Positions 47,752 to 58,685 of a stretch of DNA of 64,000 nucleotides are shown here, piece after piece. Each line of letters starts with the position of its first letter. The first letter of the stretch is position 1. Origin of the DNA: an uncultured Gammaproteobacteria bacterium (GTDB taxonomy: Bacteria > Patescibacteriota > Microgenomatia > Daviesbacterales > UBA10151); NCBI GenBank assembly GCA_964625535.1, contig CAZVEX010000001.1, forward strand, positions 128,295-192,294. Direction: 5' to 3'. A program made the translations under genes and the position numbers. The notes under the pieces are model-generated. The model was not told where the DNA came from. It was given only the letters and a program-made list of their open reading frames with translations, and made no database searches.

Positions 47752-50559
47752 ATGACTAAATTTAAGCCGGTTTCTTCACAGGTTGATTTTGTGGCTTTGG
47801 AAAAAGAGTTGCTGGAGTATTGGGAAAAACAGAAAATACTGGAAAAGTATCTTCACAAAAATGATTCCTCGGAGAAAAAGTTTTCTTTTTTGGATGGGCC
47901 AATTACTGCCAACAATCCCATGGGGGTTCATCATGCCTGGGGAAGGACATATAAAGATGTATGGCAGCGTTTTTTTAATATGAGGGGATTTCGGCAGCGT
48001 TTTCAAAACGGTTTTGACGAACAAGGGCTTTGGGTAGAAGTAGAAGTAGAAAAAGAGCTGGGATTAAAATCAAAAAAAGATATTGAAAATCTAGTTCCCG
48101 GAGATAAATTTGCCTCTTTAGAAAAGTTTATCAATCTTTGCAAAGAAAGAGTTAAAAAATATTCTGCTATACAAACAGAACAAAGTAAGAGACTGGGCTA
48201 TTTTATGGATTGGGACAACTCATATCACACTTCCTCTGATGAAAATAACTATGCTATTTGGAATTACTTAAAAGTAGTTCATGAAAAAGGATGGTTATAT
48301 AAAGGAAGAGATTCAGTACCCTGGTGTCCAAGATGCGGTACTGCCATTTCCCAGCATGAGATTTTAACAGAAGAGTATCAGGAAATTATACATGAATCTG
48401 TTTATTTTAAGCTGCCCATTCGCGGCAGAAAGAATGAGTACCTCTTGGTTTGGACCACCACCCCATGGACTATCCCGGCCAATGTGGCTGTGGCAGTTGA
48501 TCCCGAGAAAGATTATTTGAAAATTAAAGAGGGACAAGAATATTTTTATATTCAAAAAGGGAGGGCCAAAGTTTTAGGTTTTGGTAAAGGAGAGAGGATT
48601 TCTGGCAAAAACCTGGTCGGTTTGGAATACGATGCTCCTTTTGACCATTTGCCCAGAGTCAAAAATGCACTGGGAGAGTACAAACATAGAGTAGTTGAAA
48701 ATGACGAATTGATTTTGCCAATAAGCGAGGATGAAGGGACAGGATTAGTTCATGTGGCCACCGGTGCCGGAACTGAAGATTTTCGTCTGGGATTAAAACT
48801 CAATTTGCCGGTGATTGAGGTGATTGACGAGGAAGCTAATTATTTAGATGGAATGGAAAGTTTAAGCGGTCAAAATGCCAAACTTAAGCCACAGTTAATC
48901 ACCGGCAGTTTTTTGTTCAAGACTGAAAAAATTAAGCACCGCTACCCCACTTGCTGGAGGTGTAAAACAGAACTGGTATGGAGAGTTGTGGATGAGTGGT
49001 ATATAGCCATGGACCGAAAACCCATTTACAGACAGCAGATGATCGAGGTGGCCAAAAAAATTAACTGGATTCCTAAATGGGGTTTGGATAGAGAACTGGA
49101 CTGGTTAAAGAATATGCATGACTGGCTTATTTCCAAAAAAAGATATTGGGGACTATCCCTGCCGATTTGGGAATGCCACAAGTGTGGCAATTTTGAGGTA
49201 ATTGGCAACAGAAGGGAACTTAAGGAAAAAGCAGTCAAGGGTTGGAGTGACTTTGATGGTCATTCGCCTCATCGGCCATGGATTGATCAGATTAAGTTGA
49301 AGTGTTCAAAATGCGATGAAGTGATTGCCAGAGTTCCTGATGTGGGTAATCCTTGGCTTGATGCTGGTATAGTTCCATTTTCAACTATGCCTGCTGACTG
49401 GTTTCCCGCAGACTTTATAACAGAGGGTTTTCCCGGACAATTTAAGAACTGGTTTTATTCTTTAATTGCGATGAGTACAGCCTTAAAAAACACCAACCCG
49501 TTTAAAAATCTCTTGGGATTTGCCAGTGTGGTGGATGAACGTGGAGAAGAGATGCACAAGTCCAAAGGAAATGCCATTGAATTCAATGAAGCGGCAGATA
49601 AAGCCGGTGTAGATGTGATGAGATGGGTATATGTGACCCAAAATCCGGAGGTTAATTTACCTTTTGGTTATAATGTGGCTTCAGAGGTTAAAAGAAGGTT
49701 TTATTTAATTTTGTGGAACTGCTATAAGTTTTTTGTGGATTATGCTAATTATTCCAGTTTTTCCACCCCGGAGGAGTCCCTTTCGGGCCCACCATCCGAG
49801 GTGTTAGACAAATGGGTTTTGGCAAGACTTAATGAATTAATTTTTTTAGTTAATGATAAATTGGAAAAATATGATGCTTCAAGTGCCTCAAGAGCAATAG
49901 AAGATTTTGTGGTCAATGATTTTTCCACCTGGTATATTAGGCGTTCCAGAAATAGGATTGATACCTGTTTGCCTGTGATGTATGAAGTGTTAGTAACCTT
50001 GAGTAAACTTTTGGCTCCTTTTACGCCATTTATAGCCGAAGAAATATACCGAAACTTAACGGGAGAAGAATCTGTGCACCTTCAAGATTATCCCCAAGGA
50101 GATAAATCATTGCTTGATGAAGAGTTAATTAAAGATATGGCTTTAGTTAGAAAAATAGCCGAAAGCACTCATGCTAAAAGGAAAGAGGCGGGAATAAAAT
50201 TAAGACAGCCACTGGCTTTGTTAAAATATGGTTGGATTAAAAAATTAGAGGATGAATTTGAAAAAATACTCAAAGATGAGGTAAATGTTAAGGAAATTAA
50301 GTTTGAAAAATCTCAAGGTAAAGAGCCCATGGTAATATTGAATACAAAAATTACTCAAGATCTGAAAGAAGAAGGGAAGGCACGGGAGCTTATTAGGATG
50401 ATCCAACAAAAAAGAAAGGATCAGAATTTGACTAAAGCGGATAAGACAACGATTATTGCCACTTCCTGGCCAAAAAAATTCGAAAAGGAAATCTTGCAAG
50501 CAACTACTTCTTTATCTATTCGCGAGGGCTCGGAGCTCAAGGTATTAAAAGCAGAATAA
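47752..50559 (+). CDS. ileS: isoleucine--tRNA ligase
   Basis: HIGH-like HHAWGRT, WTTTPWT and a KMSKS-like MHKSKGN motif, with Cys4 clusters. Confidence 0.85.
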   Translation: MTKFKPVSSQVDFVALEKELLEYWEKQKILEKYLHKNDSSEKKFSFLDGPITANNPMGVHHAWGRTYKDVWQRFFNMRGFRQRFQNGFDEQGLWVEVEVEKELGLKSKKDIENLVPGDKFASLEKFINLCKERVKKYSAIQTEQSKRLGYFMDWDNSYHTSSDENNYAIWNYLKVVHEKGWLYKGRDSVPWCPRCGTAISQHEILTEEYQEIIHESVYFKLPIRGRKNEYLLVWTTTPWTIPANVAVAVDPEKDYLKIKEGQEYFYIQKGRAKVLGFGKGERISGKNLVGLEYDAPFDHLPRVKNALGEYKHRVVENDELILPISEDEGTGLVHVATGAGTEDFRLGLKLNLPVIEVIDEEANYLDGMESLSGQNAKLKPQLITGSFLFKTEKIKHRYPTCWRCKTELVWRVVDEWYIAMDRKPIYRQQMIEVAKKINWIPKWGLDRELDWLKNMHDWLISKKRYWGLSLPIWECHKCGNFEVIGNRRELKEKAVKGWSDFDGHSPHRPWIDQIKLKCSKCDEVIARVPDVGNPWLDAGIVPFSTMPADWFPADFITEGFPGQFKNWFYSLIAMSTALKNTNPFKNLLGFASVVDERGEEMHKSKGNAIEFNEAADKAGVDVMRWVYVTQNPEVNLPFGYNVASEVKRRFYLILWNCYKFFVDYANYSSFSTPEESLSGPPSEVLDKWVLARLNELIFLVNDKLEKYDASSASRAIEDFVVNDFSTWYIRRSRNRIDTCLPVMYEVLVTLSKLLAPFTPFIAEEIYRNLTGEESVHLQDYPQGDKSLLDEELIKDMALVRKIAESTHAKRKEAGIKLRQPLALLKYGWIKKLEDEFEKILKDEVNVKEIKFEKSQGKEPMVILNTKITQDLKEEGKARELIRMIQQKRKDQNLTKADKTTIIATSWPKKFEKEILQATTSLSIREGSELKVLKAE

Positions 50560-51635
50560 TGAAATTTTTGGTATCTTTAAACCCGACTTTGACTATTTGC
50601 TCAACCCTGCTGCTTTCCATAGCTATCTTGGTGATTTACTCATCTTCTAAGCAGCTGGCTGCATTTCAGCTGCTCTTTGCCCTAGGGGGGATAGCTGCCT
50701 ACTTTTTTATTTCCCGGTTTGATTACAGATCAATTAGAAATTTGACTGTCCTGCTTTACTTTGTGGTGCTGGCTTTACTCCTTGTGGCGGCAATCTTGGG
50801 TTTTGAAACCAGAGGTTCGGTCAGGTGGATTCCTCTGGGGGTGATTAATTTGCAGCCTTCGGAGCTTGCAAAACCGGTGCTAATTCTATTATTGGCCGAT
50901 TTCTGGTCCAAAAATTTGCCATCTTGGTCAAATATTGCCAAGAGTCTCTTTTGGACCATTCCCCCGGCTGTTTTAATCTTTAATCAGCCTGATCTGGGAT
51001 CTACCCTAACGCTTTTAGCTATCTGGCTGGGAATGCTTTTTGCCTCAAAAGTGTCACCTAAAAAAATTGCCCTTCTTGTTTTTGTGGTTGTTCTGATTAT
51101 CCCCGTTGGCTGGTTTTCCTTAAGGGATTATCAAAAGGAACGCCTGATCGGTTTTTTGGATCCCCACTCGGATCCTTTGGGAAGAGGTTATAATGTTATC
51201 CAATCAACTATTGCCGTGGGATCCGGTGAGATTTTCGGCAGGGGTTTGGGAAGAGGAACTCAATCGCGCCTGCAGTTTTTACCCGAATTTAGAACCGATT
51301 TTATTTTTGCCTCAATTGCCGAAGAGATGGGATTTGTAGGTTCACTGCTCATTTTAGTCATATATCTTGTGCTGATTGTTTATTGCTTAAAGGTTGCGGC
51401 GCAATCTTCTGATGCATTTGGATTTTTGCTGGTAACCGGGGCTGTTTCCATGTTGTGGTTTCAGGTAGTTGTCAACATAGGCATGAATATTGGTCTGGTG
51501 CCAATCACGGGCATCACCCTTCCTTTAATTTCTTATGGAGGAAACTCGCTCGTTGCCACCATGATCGTGCTGGGTTTGGTAGCTTCTGTTGCCAGATATA
51601 AAAGAAAGATTGACAGCCAAAGCTATTCAGAGTAA
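50559..51635 (+). CDS. SEDS-family protein (RodA/FtsW paralog)
   Basis: PITGITLPLISYGGNS motif and 10 TM helices. Confidence 0.7.
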   Translation: MKFLVSLNPTLTICSTLLLSIAILVIYSSSKQLAAFQLLFALGGIAAYFFISRFDYRSIRNLTVLLYFVVLALLLVAAILGFETRGSVRWIPLGVINLQPSELAKPVLILLLADFWSKNLPSWSNIAKSLFWTIPPAVLIFNQPDLGSTLTLLAIWLGMLFASKVSPKKIALLVFVVVLIIPVGWFSLRDYQKERLIGFLDPHSDPLGRGYNVIQSTIAVGSGEIFGRGLGRGTQSRLQFLPEFRTDFIFASIAEEMGFVGSLLILVIYLVLIVYCLKVAAQSSDAFGFLLVTGAVSMLWFQVVVNIGMNIGLVPITGITLPLISYGGNSLVATMIVLGLVASVARYKRKIDSQSYSE

Positions 51636-51638
51636 TAT

Positions 51639-51929
51639 TTGTTTCCTATGATAGATTATGCAGTTTGTGAGATTGCAGGAAAACAATATAAAGTTGTCCC
51701 GGGCCAATCTTTGACGGTTGCAGGTCAACTGTCCGCAAAGGTATTATTGCTGGCAGAGAACGGAAAGATTAAAGTCGGCCACCCGTATTTAAAGGAGAAT
51801 TTAAACTTAAAATCTTTGGGAGAAGTAAAAGGAGAAAAGGTTAGAGTAGCTAAATTTCATGCCAAGGCTAATTACAGGAAAGTTACAGGTTACAGGAAAA
51901 AATTCTTAAAAGTTGTTCTTGATATTTAG
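51639..51929 (+). CDS. rplU: 50S ribosomal protein L21
   Basis: [14 protein letters not shown]-terminus. Confidence 0.8.
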   Translation: MFPMIDYAVCEIAGKQYKVVPGQSLTVAGQLSAKVLLLAENGKIKVGHPYLKENLNLKSLGEVKGEKVRVAKFHAKANYRKVTGYRKKFLKVVLDI

Positions 51930-51967
51930 GGGTTGATTTATTTTTTCACAATAGATATACTCCTCTC

Positions 51968-52213
51968 ATGGCGCACAAAACAGGCGGCGGAAGTACCAGA
52001 AAAAATAAAGATTCCATTTCCAAAAGATTGGGTGTAAAAAGATTTGGCGGAGAAAAGGTAGTATCCGGCAATATTCTGGTGCGCCAAAAGGGTAATAAAT
52101 TTTATCCGGGAGCAGGCACCAAACAGGGTAATGATTATACTATCTTTGCTATTACTTCAGGCCAGGTCAAATTCCATAAAAAGCAAAGCAAATTGTTAGT
52201 TGCTGTCATCTAG
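51968..52213 (+). CDS. rpmA: 50S ribosomal protein L27
   Basis: [28 protein letters not shown]. Confidence 0.85.
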   Translation: MAHKTGGGSTRKNKDSISKRLGVKRFGGEKVVSGNILVRQKGNKFYPGAGTKQGNDYTIFAITSGQVKFHKKQSKLLVAVI

Positions 52214-52215
52214 AT

Positions 52216-53064
52216 ATGGAAAACGAACAAACATATCAACTGGAAATAGAACTGCTTCAGCCAAATCCTCTGCAGCCCCGGGGTTTGATTAGTCCCGAAT
52301 CTCTGGCCGAGCTGGCAGAATCAATCAGAACCCATGGCATATTGGAACCTTTAGTGGTAGCCAAAACACCGGCCGGCTATCAAATTATTGCCGGCGAGAG
52401 ACGCTGGCGAGCAGCCAAACTGATTGGTCTATCCCAAGTGCCGGTGATTATTCGTGAGACCTCGCCCCAGGGTATGCTGGAGATGGCCATAGTGGAAAAT
52501 GTCCAAAGGATAGACTTAAACCCTCTGGAAAGAGCTCAAGCCTACAGAAGATTAATGGACGAATTTAATCTAACTAATGGCGAGATTTCGTTACGGGTAT
52601 CCAAAAGCCCTTCCTATATTTCCAATACTATCAGATTGTTAACTTTACCCGATGCTCTCAAAGATGCTTTGATGTCCGGGGCTACCACAGAAGGACACGT
52701 GCGGGCCCTTTCCGCCCTGGAAGACCCTCATCTTATTATTGAAGCCTACAAAGAAGTGTTGAAAAGGAATTTATCTGTCAGGGGGACGGAAGAATTGGTC
52801 AGACGCCTTCGGGCCAGAGTGGGACTTCCACCCAAAAAATCAGCCGTGATCGAGGATATGCATATAATTTCGGAAGAGATTGATAATATTGAGCAGGACC
52901 TGGGAAGTGTTTTATCGCGATTTGCCAAAACCCAAGTGAAACTCGAGCAAACCGGCAAAAAAGCCACCATCAGAATGTCAATTGAGGGTGCACCCGATCA
53001 AACAGTGGAGATTTTAAAAGATATCAATCAGGCCATTGGCGGTTACTTTAATCTTAAGACTTAA
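52216..53064 (+). CDS. parB: ParB/Spo0J-like partition protein
   Basis: GERRWRAA ParB box and an HTH region. No parA is adjacent. Confidence 0.7.
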   Translation: MENEQTYQLEIELLQPNPLQPRGLISPESLAELAESIRTHGILEPLVVAKTPAGYQIIAGERRWRAAKLIGLSQVPVIIRETSPQGMLEMAIVENVQRIDLNPLERAQAYRRLMDEFNLTNGEISLRVSKSPSYISNTIRLLTLPDALKDALMSGATTEGHVRALSALEDPHLIIEAYKEVLKRNLSVRGTEELVRRLRARVGLPPKKSAVIEDMHIISEEIDNIEQDLGSVLSRFAKTQVKLEQTGKKATIRMSIEGAPDQTVEILKDINQAIGGYFNLKT

Positions 53065-53654
53065 GGAGATTTGATAAAGCCGAAACCGGCAAGCGGCCAG
53101 TATCTGAAAAAAGCTCTGCCGACAATTTCCCCACGGGTGATAGCACCCCATTCTCTGGAATCTGAAGAGTGGCCTCTGTTATCACCCAGCACAAAATATT
53201 GGTTTGGTCCTGCTTTGACTGTCTCGCCTTCTTGCAAAAATGCTCCGCTACTACTTTTTAAATCGGCGGGCAGATAGCTTTCCGATAAAGCCTTGTCATT
53301 AACAAAAACTTGCCCGCCTTCGATTTTGACGGTGTCGCCTGGTCTGGCAATAATTCTTTTGATAAAATCCTGCGATTCATCCCTCGGGTTTTTTAAAACA
53401 ATTATGTCTCCTTTTTTGGGCTGGCCCAATCTGTAGCTTAATTTATCCGTGATGATATAGTCTCCGCTTAGAAAAGTGGGTACCATAGAGTTACCTGAGA
53501 CTTTGTGAGGCTGGGCCACAAACAGGTAGATAACGGTAAAAATAGCCCCAAAAATTACCAGGGTTTGGATCAAATCAATGATATGATCCTTTAAGTTGCC
53601 AAAAAATCCTTTATTTTCCTCTCCCAAAATTATCTGGTTTGCCACCGGATCCAT
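53061..53654 (-). CDS. lepB: signal peptidase I
   Basis: GNSMVPT (catalytic Ser) and GDNRGHSSDSR boxes. Confidence 0.8.
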   Translation of the reverse strand: MDPVANQIILGEENKGFFGNLKDHIIDLIQTLVIFGAIFTVIYLFVAQPHKVSGNSMVPTFLSGDYIITDKLSYRLGQPKKGDIIVLKNPRDESQDFIKRIIARPGDTVKIEGGQVFVNDKALSESYLPADLKSSSGAFLQEGETVKAGPNQYFVLGDNRGHSSDSREWGAITRGEIVGRAFFRYWPLAGFGFIKSP

Positions 53655-53678
53655 CCCTAGATTATGGCAATTCCAAGC

Positions 53679-53707
53679 TTGAGATGCAAGGGGTGGGATG
53701 GTAGAAT
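53679..53707 (+). promoter_or_regulatory. promoter candidate TTGAGA-17 nt-TAGAAT, 12 nt upstream of tRNA-Val
   Basis: Read directly. Confidence 0.35.
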
Positions 53708-53718
53708 GTGGGTGTGAT

Positions 53719-53790
53719 GGACGGATAGCTCAGTGGTAGAGCGCTGCATTCACATTGCAGATGTCGGGGGTTCAAATCCCTCTCCGTCCA
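53719..53790 (+). tRNA. tRNA-Val (anticodon CAC)
   Basis: Cloverleaf folded by hand. The 7-bp acceptor GGACGGA pairs with TCCGTCC, and the anticodon loop is TTCACAT. Confidence 0.8.
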
Positions 53791-53810
53791 CAATTTGATA
53801 CAATTAGTTT

Positions 53811-55040
53811 GTGAACAATATCCTAAAGCAATCTTCATGGCTATTTTTGGCACAAGTGGTAGGAAGAGGAATTGGCCTTTTTTATACCATTTTCCTGGCC
53901 AGGAATTTAGGGGTATCCGACTTTGGACTTTATTCCGCAGCGCTAGCTTACTATTCACTTTTTGCCGCTTTGGCAGATTTTGGTTTCAGCAGGTTTTTAG
54001 TGAGGGAAATAGCCAGGGGCAGTTTAAAAATTGCGGAAGTTTTCTCCAATATCACAATTTTACGCCTGACCATAACTTCTTTACTATTTGCTGCCTTCTC
54101 GCTGGCACTTTATATTTTTGATCCCGATAAATTCAGAGTCAGCCTGACACTTCTTACGGTCATGACTGTTTTACCGCTGTCAATAACCCAAACTGTGGAC
54201 AGCATTTTCATTGCCATGCAAAAAATGAAACTATCTGCAATCTCTCTGGTTGCATTGAACATAGCTACAATTATAACCGGAGTGTTCCTTATAAATTCGG
54301 GATTTGGGGTAACAGGCGCGGCAGTAGCTTTAATTTTCGGGCAATTGGTTTATTTGATAATACTTGTACTATTTTTGAAAATGCAAAAAAAGCCTTTGCT
54401 TGCAATCGTTAGAACTAAAACTTTGAAACAGGCGGTAGTTGGATCGCTACCCTATGGGCTGTTGGCCATTTTAGGTCTGATTTATTTTCGAATAGATACC
54501 CTGATGCTTTCCTATCTGCGGGGTAATTTTGAAACAGGCATTTATTCGGCCGGTTACAAATTCTTGGAAGCCCTTATCTTTATCCCTAACTCGTTGGCCA
54601 TTGTTTTGTTCCCAACCCTTGCCAAATTACATGAGCATAATTTGGCTAAAATTAAACTACTATTCTCCCAAAGCATTAAAATAATGGTGTTTCTGTCGGT
54701 TTTAGTTTTTATTGCATATAATTTAATTCTGCCTCCCTTTATCAGATTTTTCCTGCCAAATTATTTACCTTCTATAGAAGTAATCAGAATTCTCTCTCTA
54801 GCAATTCCCTTTATATTTATTTATGTACCCCTTTCGCAGATTTTACTTTCTACAGACAAATATCTCAAACAGGTAATTTTAATTTCGCTTTTGCCGCTAT
54901 GTTCTAATATCATTCTAAATCTGATCTTTATCCCCAGGTTCGGTTTTTTAGGGGCCTCTTGGATTACTGTGGCATCTGATGTATTAAGCACTGCAATCGT
55001 ACTAATTTTTATTAAGAGATTAGTTTTTAAGCATGGATAG
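53811..55040 (+). CDS. Wzx/MOP-family oligosaccharide flippase-like protein
   Basis: 409 aa and polytopic, with an N-terminus typical of PST-family proteins. Confidence 0.6.
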   Translation: MNNILKQSSWLFLAQVVGRGIGLFYTIFLARNLGVSDFGLYSAALAYYSLFAALADFGFSRFLVREIARGSLKIAEVFSNITILRLTITSLLFAAFSLALYIFDPDKFRVSLTLLTVMTVLPLSITQTVDSIFIAMQKMKLSAISLVALNIATIITGVFLINSGFGVTGAAVALIFGQLVYLIILVLFLKMQKKPLLAIVRTKTLKQAVVGSLPYGLLAILGLIYFRIDTLMLSYLRGNFETGIYSAGYKFLEALIFIPNSLAIVLFPTLAKLHEHNLAKIKLLFSQSIKIMVFLSVLVFIAYNLILPPFIRFFLPNYLPSIEVIRILSLAIPFIFIYVPLSQILLSTDKYLKQVILISLLPLCSNIILNLIFIPRFGFLGASWITVASDVLSTAIVLIFIKRLVFKHG

Positions 55041-55713
55041 AAAATCGCCTTATTATTATTTGAATTCTGCTTCTTATTTTGGGTGGGGAGAAAACTCAAA
55101 GCCAGATCAGGAGAGATTAAGGCTTATCGACAGGTATACGGTGGGAAAAAGCATTTTAGATATCGGCTGTGGGGTTGGATTATATGTTGATTATGTTACA
55201 TCAAAAGGTTATGAAGGCACAGGGGTAGATTTTGTGAGCAAGTTTATCGATAAAGCCAAAGAAACCTTTAGAGGTAATTTTATAAAAGACAAAATAGAAA
55301 AATTGCCCTTTTGGGAAAACCAGTTTGACACAAGTTTTTTATTTGATGTTTTGGAACATAGAGATGACGTAAAATTACTCAAGGAGGCAAAAAGAGTAAC
55401 AGCTAAAAGAATTCTCATCATAGTTCCAAGACAAGTTGATACTTTTCTTGAACAAAGTGGGGTAATATTCAGGCATTACCTGGATAAATCCCATCTTAGA
55501 GAGTACGAGGAAAAGGATCTTAAGAAATTAGCAAAAAACGTCGGGTTAAGATTGACCCATTGCGAGAAAATACACCCCCTTTATAATGAAACTATTTTCC
55601 TGGCCTTATTTACCGGTTCTGTCTTCCTAAAGAAGATATTACGGAAATTAGTGTTTTTTATTCTTCCCAAAAGCAAGTTACCTACAGAGTATTTTGCTGT
55701 TTTTGAAAAATAA
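55033..55713 (+). CDS. class I SAM-dependent methyltransferase
   Basis: ILDIGCGVGLY motif I. Confidence 0.6.
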   Translation: MDRKSPYYYLNSASYFGWGENSKPDQERLRLIDRYTVGKSILDIGCGVGLYVDYVTSKGYEGTGVDFVSKFIDKAKETFRGNFIKDKIEKLPFWENQFDTSFLFDVLEHRDDVKLLKEAKRVTAKRILIIVPRQVDTFLEQSGVIFRHYLDKSHLREYEEKDLKKLAKNVGLRLTHCEKIHPLYNETIFLALFTGSVFLKKILRKLVFFILPKSKLPTEYFAVFEK

Positions 55714-55716
55714 TTC

Positions 55717-56850
55717 ATGAAAATTGGTATAGACATATCCGTATTAAATGATAGACAGAAAACAGGTATCGCTAACTATACTTATCAGTTAATCAATGCT
55801 CTTCTAAAAATAAACAGAGAAGATAAATTTATCCTTTTTGGTATAGCCACATTCTCCACGTTTGATTACTTAAAAAATTTACCCTTTAAAAATTATTCTA
55901 ATGTAGAGATGAAAATTTACAGAATGCCGGCAAGAGCTTTTAGAACAACATTTTTACTCTGGCAAAAAATAAATTTTCCTCCCATTGAAAAATTAGTTGG
56001 TCCTGTTGATTTATTTCACAACTTTAACTGGTATTTTCCGCCTCAAAAAAAAGGTAAAAAGGTGGCAACTGTTTTTGATATGACGCCAATTTTGTATCCT
56101 CGCTGGCACCAGCAAAAAACCGTTCAGCTTGATCGGTTAAGACTTAATGTAGTTAAAGAAAATGCCGATTTGGTAGTTACTATTTCTCAAAATTCAAAAA
56201 GGGATTTTATGGATTTTGCCCCTTCACGCCGCATTGAAGTAATTTATCCGGCCGCCTCATCGCAATTTAAACCGAGATCAAATCCTCAAGGCGTTAAAAA
56301 TGTTTTACAAAAGTACTGGCTCAAAGAAGATTATTTTTTGTCGGTTGGCACTTTGGAACCCCGGAAAAATATCCGCATGCTCATTGAGGCTTTTTTGGAA
56401 ACGGGTCTTAAAAATCAACTGGTTTTGGCAGGAGGGCCAGGCTGGGGAAACAAGGAGATTTTTGATTTTGCCAAAAAACATCCTGATAAAATTAAGCTTA
56501 CTGGTTTTGTGGAAGACGGCGATTTGTCCTATCTTTATCAGGGGGCAATCTGTATGACTTACCCTTCTTTTTACGAGGGTTTTGGTATCCCTGTGCTTGA
56601 AGCTTTAGCTTGCGGTACTCCGGTGATTTGTGCCAATACCGCCTCTTTGCCCGAGGTGGGTGGGAATGCTGCGCGCTACATTGACCCAACCAGCAAAGAC
56701 AGTTTGAAAAAAGCCTTAATTTCCGTATTTAACAACGAAAATTTAAGAAAACAAATGATTGCCAAAGGGTTAAAACAGGCCCAAAAATTTTCCTGGCAAA
56801 AGTCGGCTAAGAGGTTGAATCAGCTTTATCAACAGTTACTGCAAGAATAA
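55717..56850 (+). CDS. GT4 family glycosyltransferase
   Basis: EGFGIPVLEALACGTPVICAN. Confidence 0.7.
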   Translation: MKIGIDISVLNDRQKTGIANYTYQLINALLKINREDKFILFGIATFSTFDYLKNLPFKNYSNVEMKIYRMPARAFRTTFLLWQKINFPPIEKLVGPVDLFHNFNWYFPPQKKGKKVATVFDMTPILYPRWHQQKTVQLDRLRLNVVKENADLVVTISQNSKRDFMDFAPSRRIEVIYPAASSQFKPRSNPQGVKNVLQKYWLKEDYFLSVGTLEPRKNIRMLIEAFLETGLKNQLVLAGGPGWGNKEIFDFAKKHPDKIKLTGFVEDGDLSYLYQGAICMTYPSFYEGFGIPVLEALACGTPVICANTASLPEVGGNAARYIDPTSKDSLKKALISVFNNENLRKQMIAKGLKQAQKFSWQKSAKRLNQLYQQLLQE

Positions 56851-57922
56851 GCCAAAGCAGAATGGACGGAAAAAACAAACTGTTGGCAAAGAGGCTGTGA
56901 AACAGAAGACCGGAAACTGCCGGCAATAAAATCATCTTTCGAGACTTGATGAGCCAGAATAAGAAAAGTATATAGCTTAACAAACCTAAAGCTCCGGTGG
57001 TGGCTAACACAAACAGCAGGGAGGAATCATTACTGGATGATCCGTGGCTTTGTAAAAATTGCATATCAGCGAGCTTAAATTCTCTGATGGCGTAGCGGTA
57101 GGCATTAAAGCCCACTCCCAAGACAGGATGTTTTTCAACAAGCTGCCAGCCCTGCTTCCAGGTATTGATTCTAAAAGAGGCCGAAGCGCTTCTGTTGATA
57201 CCTCTGGGTAGCTCAATAAAGCGGCTATAAAGAAAAAAACCAAGTAGAAGTCCTGCAAAAAGAGCAAGAGTTAGCAGCTGCAGTCTCAAGGACCTTAAAA
57301 GAAATGCCAAAGCGCTGAAACTAATAAAAAACATGCCATAACTTGATCTAGAAAAGGTTAGCAAAAGCGCCAGATAAACCATTGTAAACATGGCATAGTT
57401 CTTTCTGACTAGCATTAGTGTTAAGACCAAAAAAGCCCCGGTAAAGTTAGGATCTAAAAAGGTGGAGGCTACCCGAAAAAAATGTGGATCCCAGCCTAAA
57501 GTTTCCAAAAAAACAAGATCTGGCAAAAGGACAACCTGCAAAATACCCAAAATAGCCAGGGCCACTCCGGCCAGTTTCAAGACCTCAAATATCTGTTTTT
57601 TTAAGGCACCCTGGGCAATGATCCAACCGGACAAAATTATTAGCATAAATCTCAAAGTATAGGAAAAACTTACTGCCCTATCCTGGAAAGTTAGTTGTAA
57701 AGGAGTAAGGAGTAGCGATAGGGAAGCAACTGCAATGAATAAAAAAGCGGACTTGATGTAAGAGGGGGTTTTTTGAAACTTGAACCTGAATTTGAGAAGA
57801 TAAAAGATCACAAATGTCAAAACCATAAGATCCAGCAGGGTAATAGCTCCCGGACCAAGGGGGACGCGAACGAGCTGGCCGGCTACAATGGAAAGTGTCA
57901 AGATCCAGGCAAAAATACTCAT
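56807..57922 (-). CDS. polytopic membrane protein, O-antigen ligase/polymerase (Wzy)-like
   Basis: 371 aa with about 10 TM helices and one larger periplasmic loop. Confidence 0.4.
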   Translation of the reverse strand: MSIFAWILTLSIVAGQLVRVPLGPGAITLLDLMVLTFVIFYLLKFRFKFQKTPSYIKSAFLFIAVASLSLLLTPLQLTFQDRAVSFSYTLRFMLIILSGWIIAQGALKKQIFEVLKLAGVALAILGILQVVLLPDLVFLETLGWDPHFFRVASTFLDPNFTGAFLVLTLMLVRKNYAMFTMVYLALLLTFSRSSYGMFFISFSALAFLLRSLRLQLLTLALFAGLLLGFFLYSRFIELPRGINRSASASFRINTWKQGWQLVEKHPVLGVGFNAYRYAIREFKLADMQFLQSHGSSSNDSSLLFVLATTGALGLLSYILFLFWLIKSRKMILLPAVSGLLFHSLFANSLFFPSILLWLILAVTVDKADSTS

Positions 57923-58635
57923 TTGAAAATTACTCTTCTTTGAATTTCAGTTAAGTTTTTAGCCTCATCTTCTGCCTTGATGGTTAAAATATTTTCACCC
58001 TCATTTAGAGGATAATCCAGCGAAAAAGTGCCGTCTGAGTTGATAATTGCCTGTATATCGTTGACGAAAACTTTGGCCTGCGCTTCGGTCTTGCCGGAAA
58101 CCTTGATTTTTTTGTCTCCCTGAACCTCTGTATTATCGCCGGGTTCGTAAATTTCCAAGGTTGGCTTTTCGCTGTCATAAAAAACTTTGATGGTTTTTGA
58201 GGGTAGGCTTTCCACATCTCCCTCTTTGGTTTTGCCAAAGATTAAGTTGCTCCCCAAATTTAAAGAAATATTTTTTAGCTCAAAGCTGCCATCATCCAGG
58301 CTTTGTGTCTCATTGGCTTCCCTTTCATCAACAAAGATTATCACCTGGCTTTTGGGAGTAGCATATCCCTTGATATTGATTTGGCCGGAGTTGGTTGCTT
58401 CATACGGGATATTTAAGACAGGAGGAGCCAGAGAAGTTTTGATGGATTTGGAGATGGGTGCAGAGTCCGGTTTGATAAAATTTATTACAAAAGAGAGCCC
58501 GTTAATAAAAGCAGGCAGTACCCAGGTTACAGTGGCGAAAATTAAAAGCAGAGAAAGAAACAGGGTAAATATAAATCTTCTTTTGGCTTTTTTAGACAGC
58601 CTTCTGGCCGATCTTAATTTATATCTTGCAGACAT
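57919..58635 (-). CDS. membrane-anchored extracytoplasmic protein with Ig-like beta domains
   Basis: N-terminal basic region plus a TM helix, followed by beta-rich repeats (..KVSGKTEAQAKVFVNDIQAIINSDGTFSLDYPLNEGENILTIKA..). Confidence 0.4.
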   Translation of the reverse strand: MSARYKLRSARRLSKKAKRRFIFTLFLSLLLIFATVTWVLPAFINGLSFVINFIKPDSAPISKSIKTSLAPPVLNIPYEATNSGQINIKGYATPKSQVIIFVDEREANETQSLDDGSFELKNISLNLGSNLIFGKTKEGDVESLPSKTIKVFYDSEKPTLEIYEPGDNTEVQGDKKIKVSGKTEAQAKVFVNDIQAIINSDGTFSLDYPLNEGENILTIKAEDEAKNLTEIQRRVIFK

Positions 58636-58666
58636 GTGTGAGGTAATTTTATCTTATCATAATCTC

Positions 58667-58675
58667 TGGTAAAAT
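58667..58675 (+). promoter_or_regulatory. extended -10 element TGgTAAAAT, 10 nt upstream of tRNA-Gly
   Basis: Read directly. Confidence 0.3.
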
Positions 58676-58685
58676 AGCAGCTGTT

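Noticed and set aside
53662-54121. ORFs 53662..53958 (-) and 53795..54121 (+) in the ORF track.
   Set aside because: They overlap the hand-folded tRNA-Val gene and the N-terminus of the Wzx-like CDS, so they are spurious.
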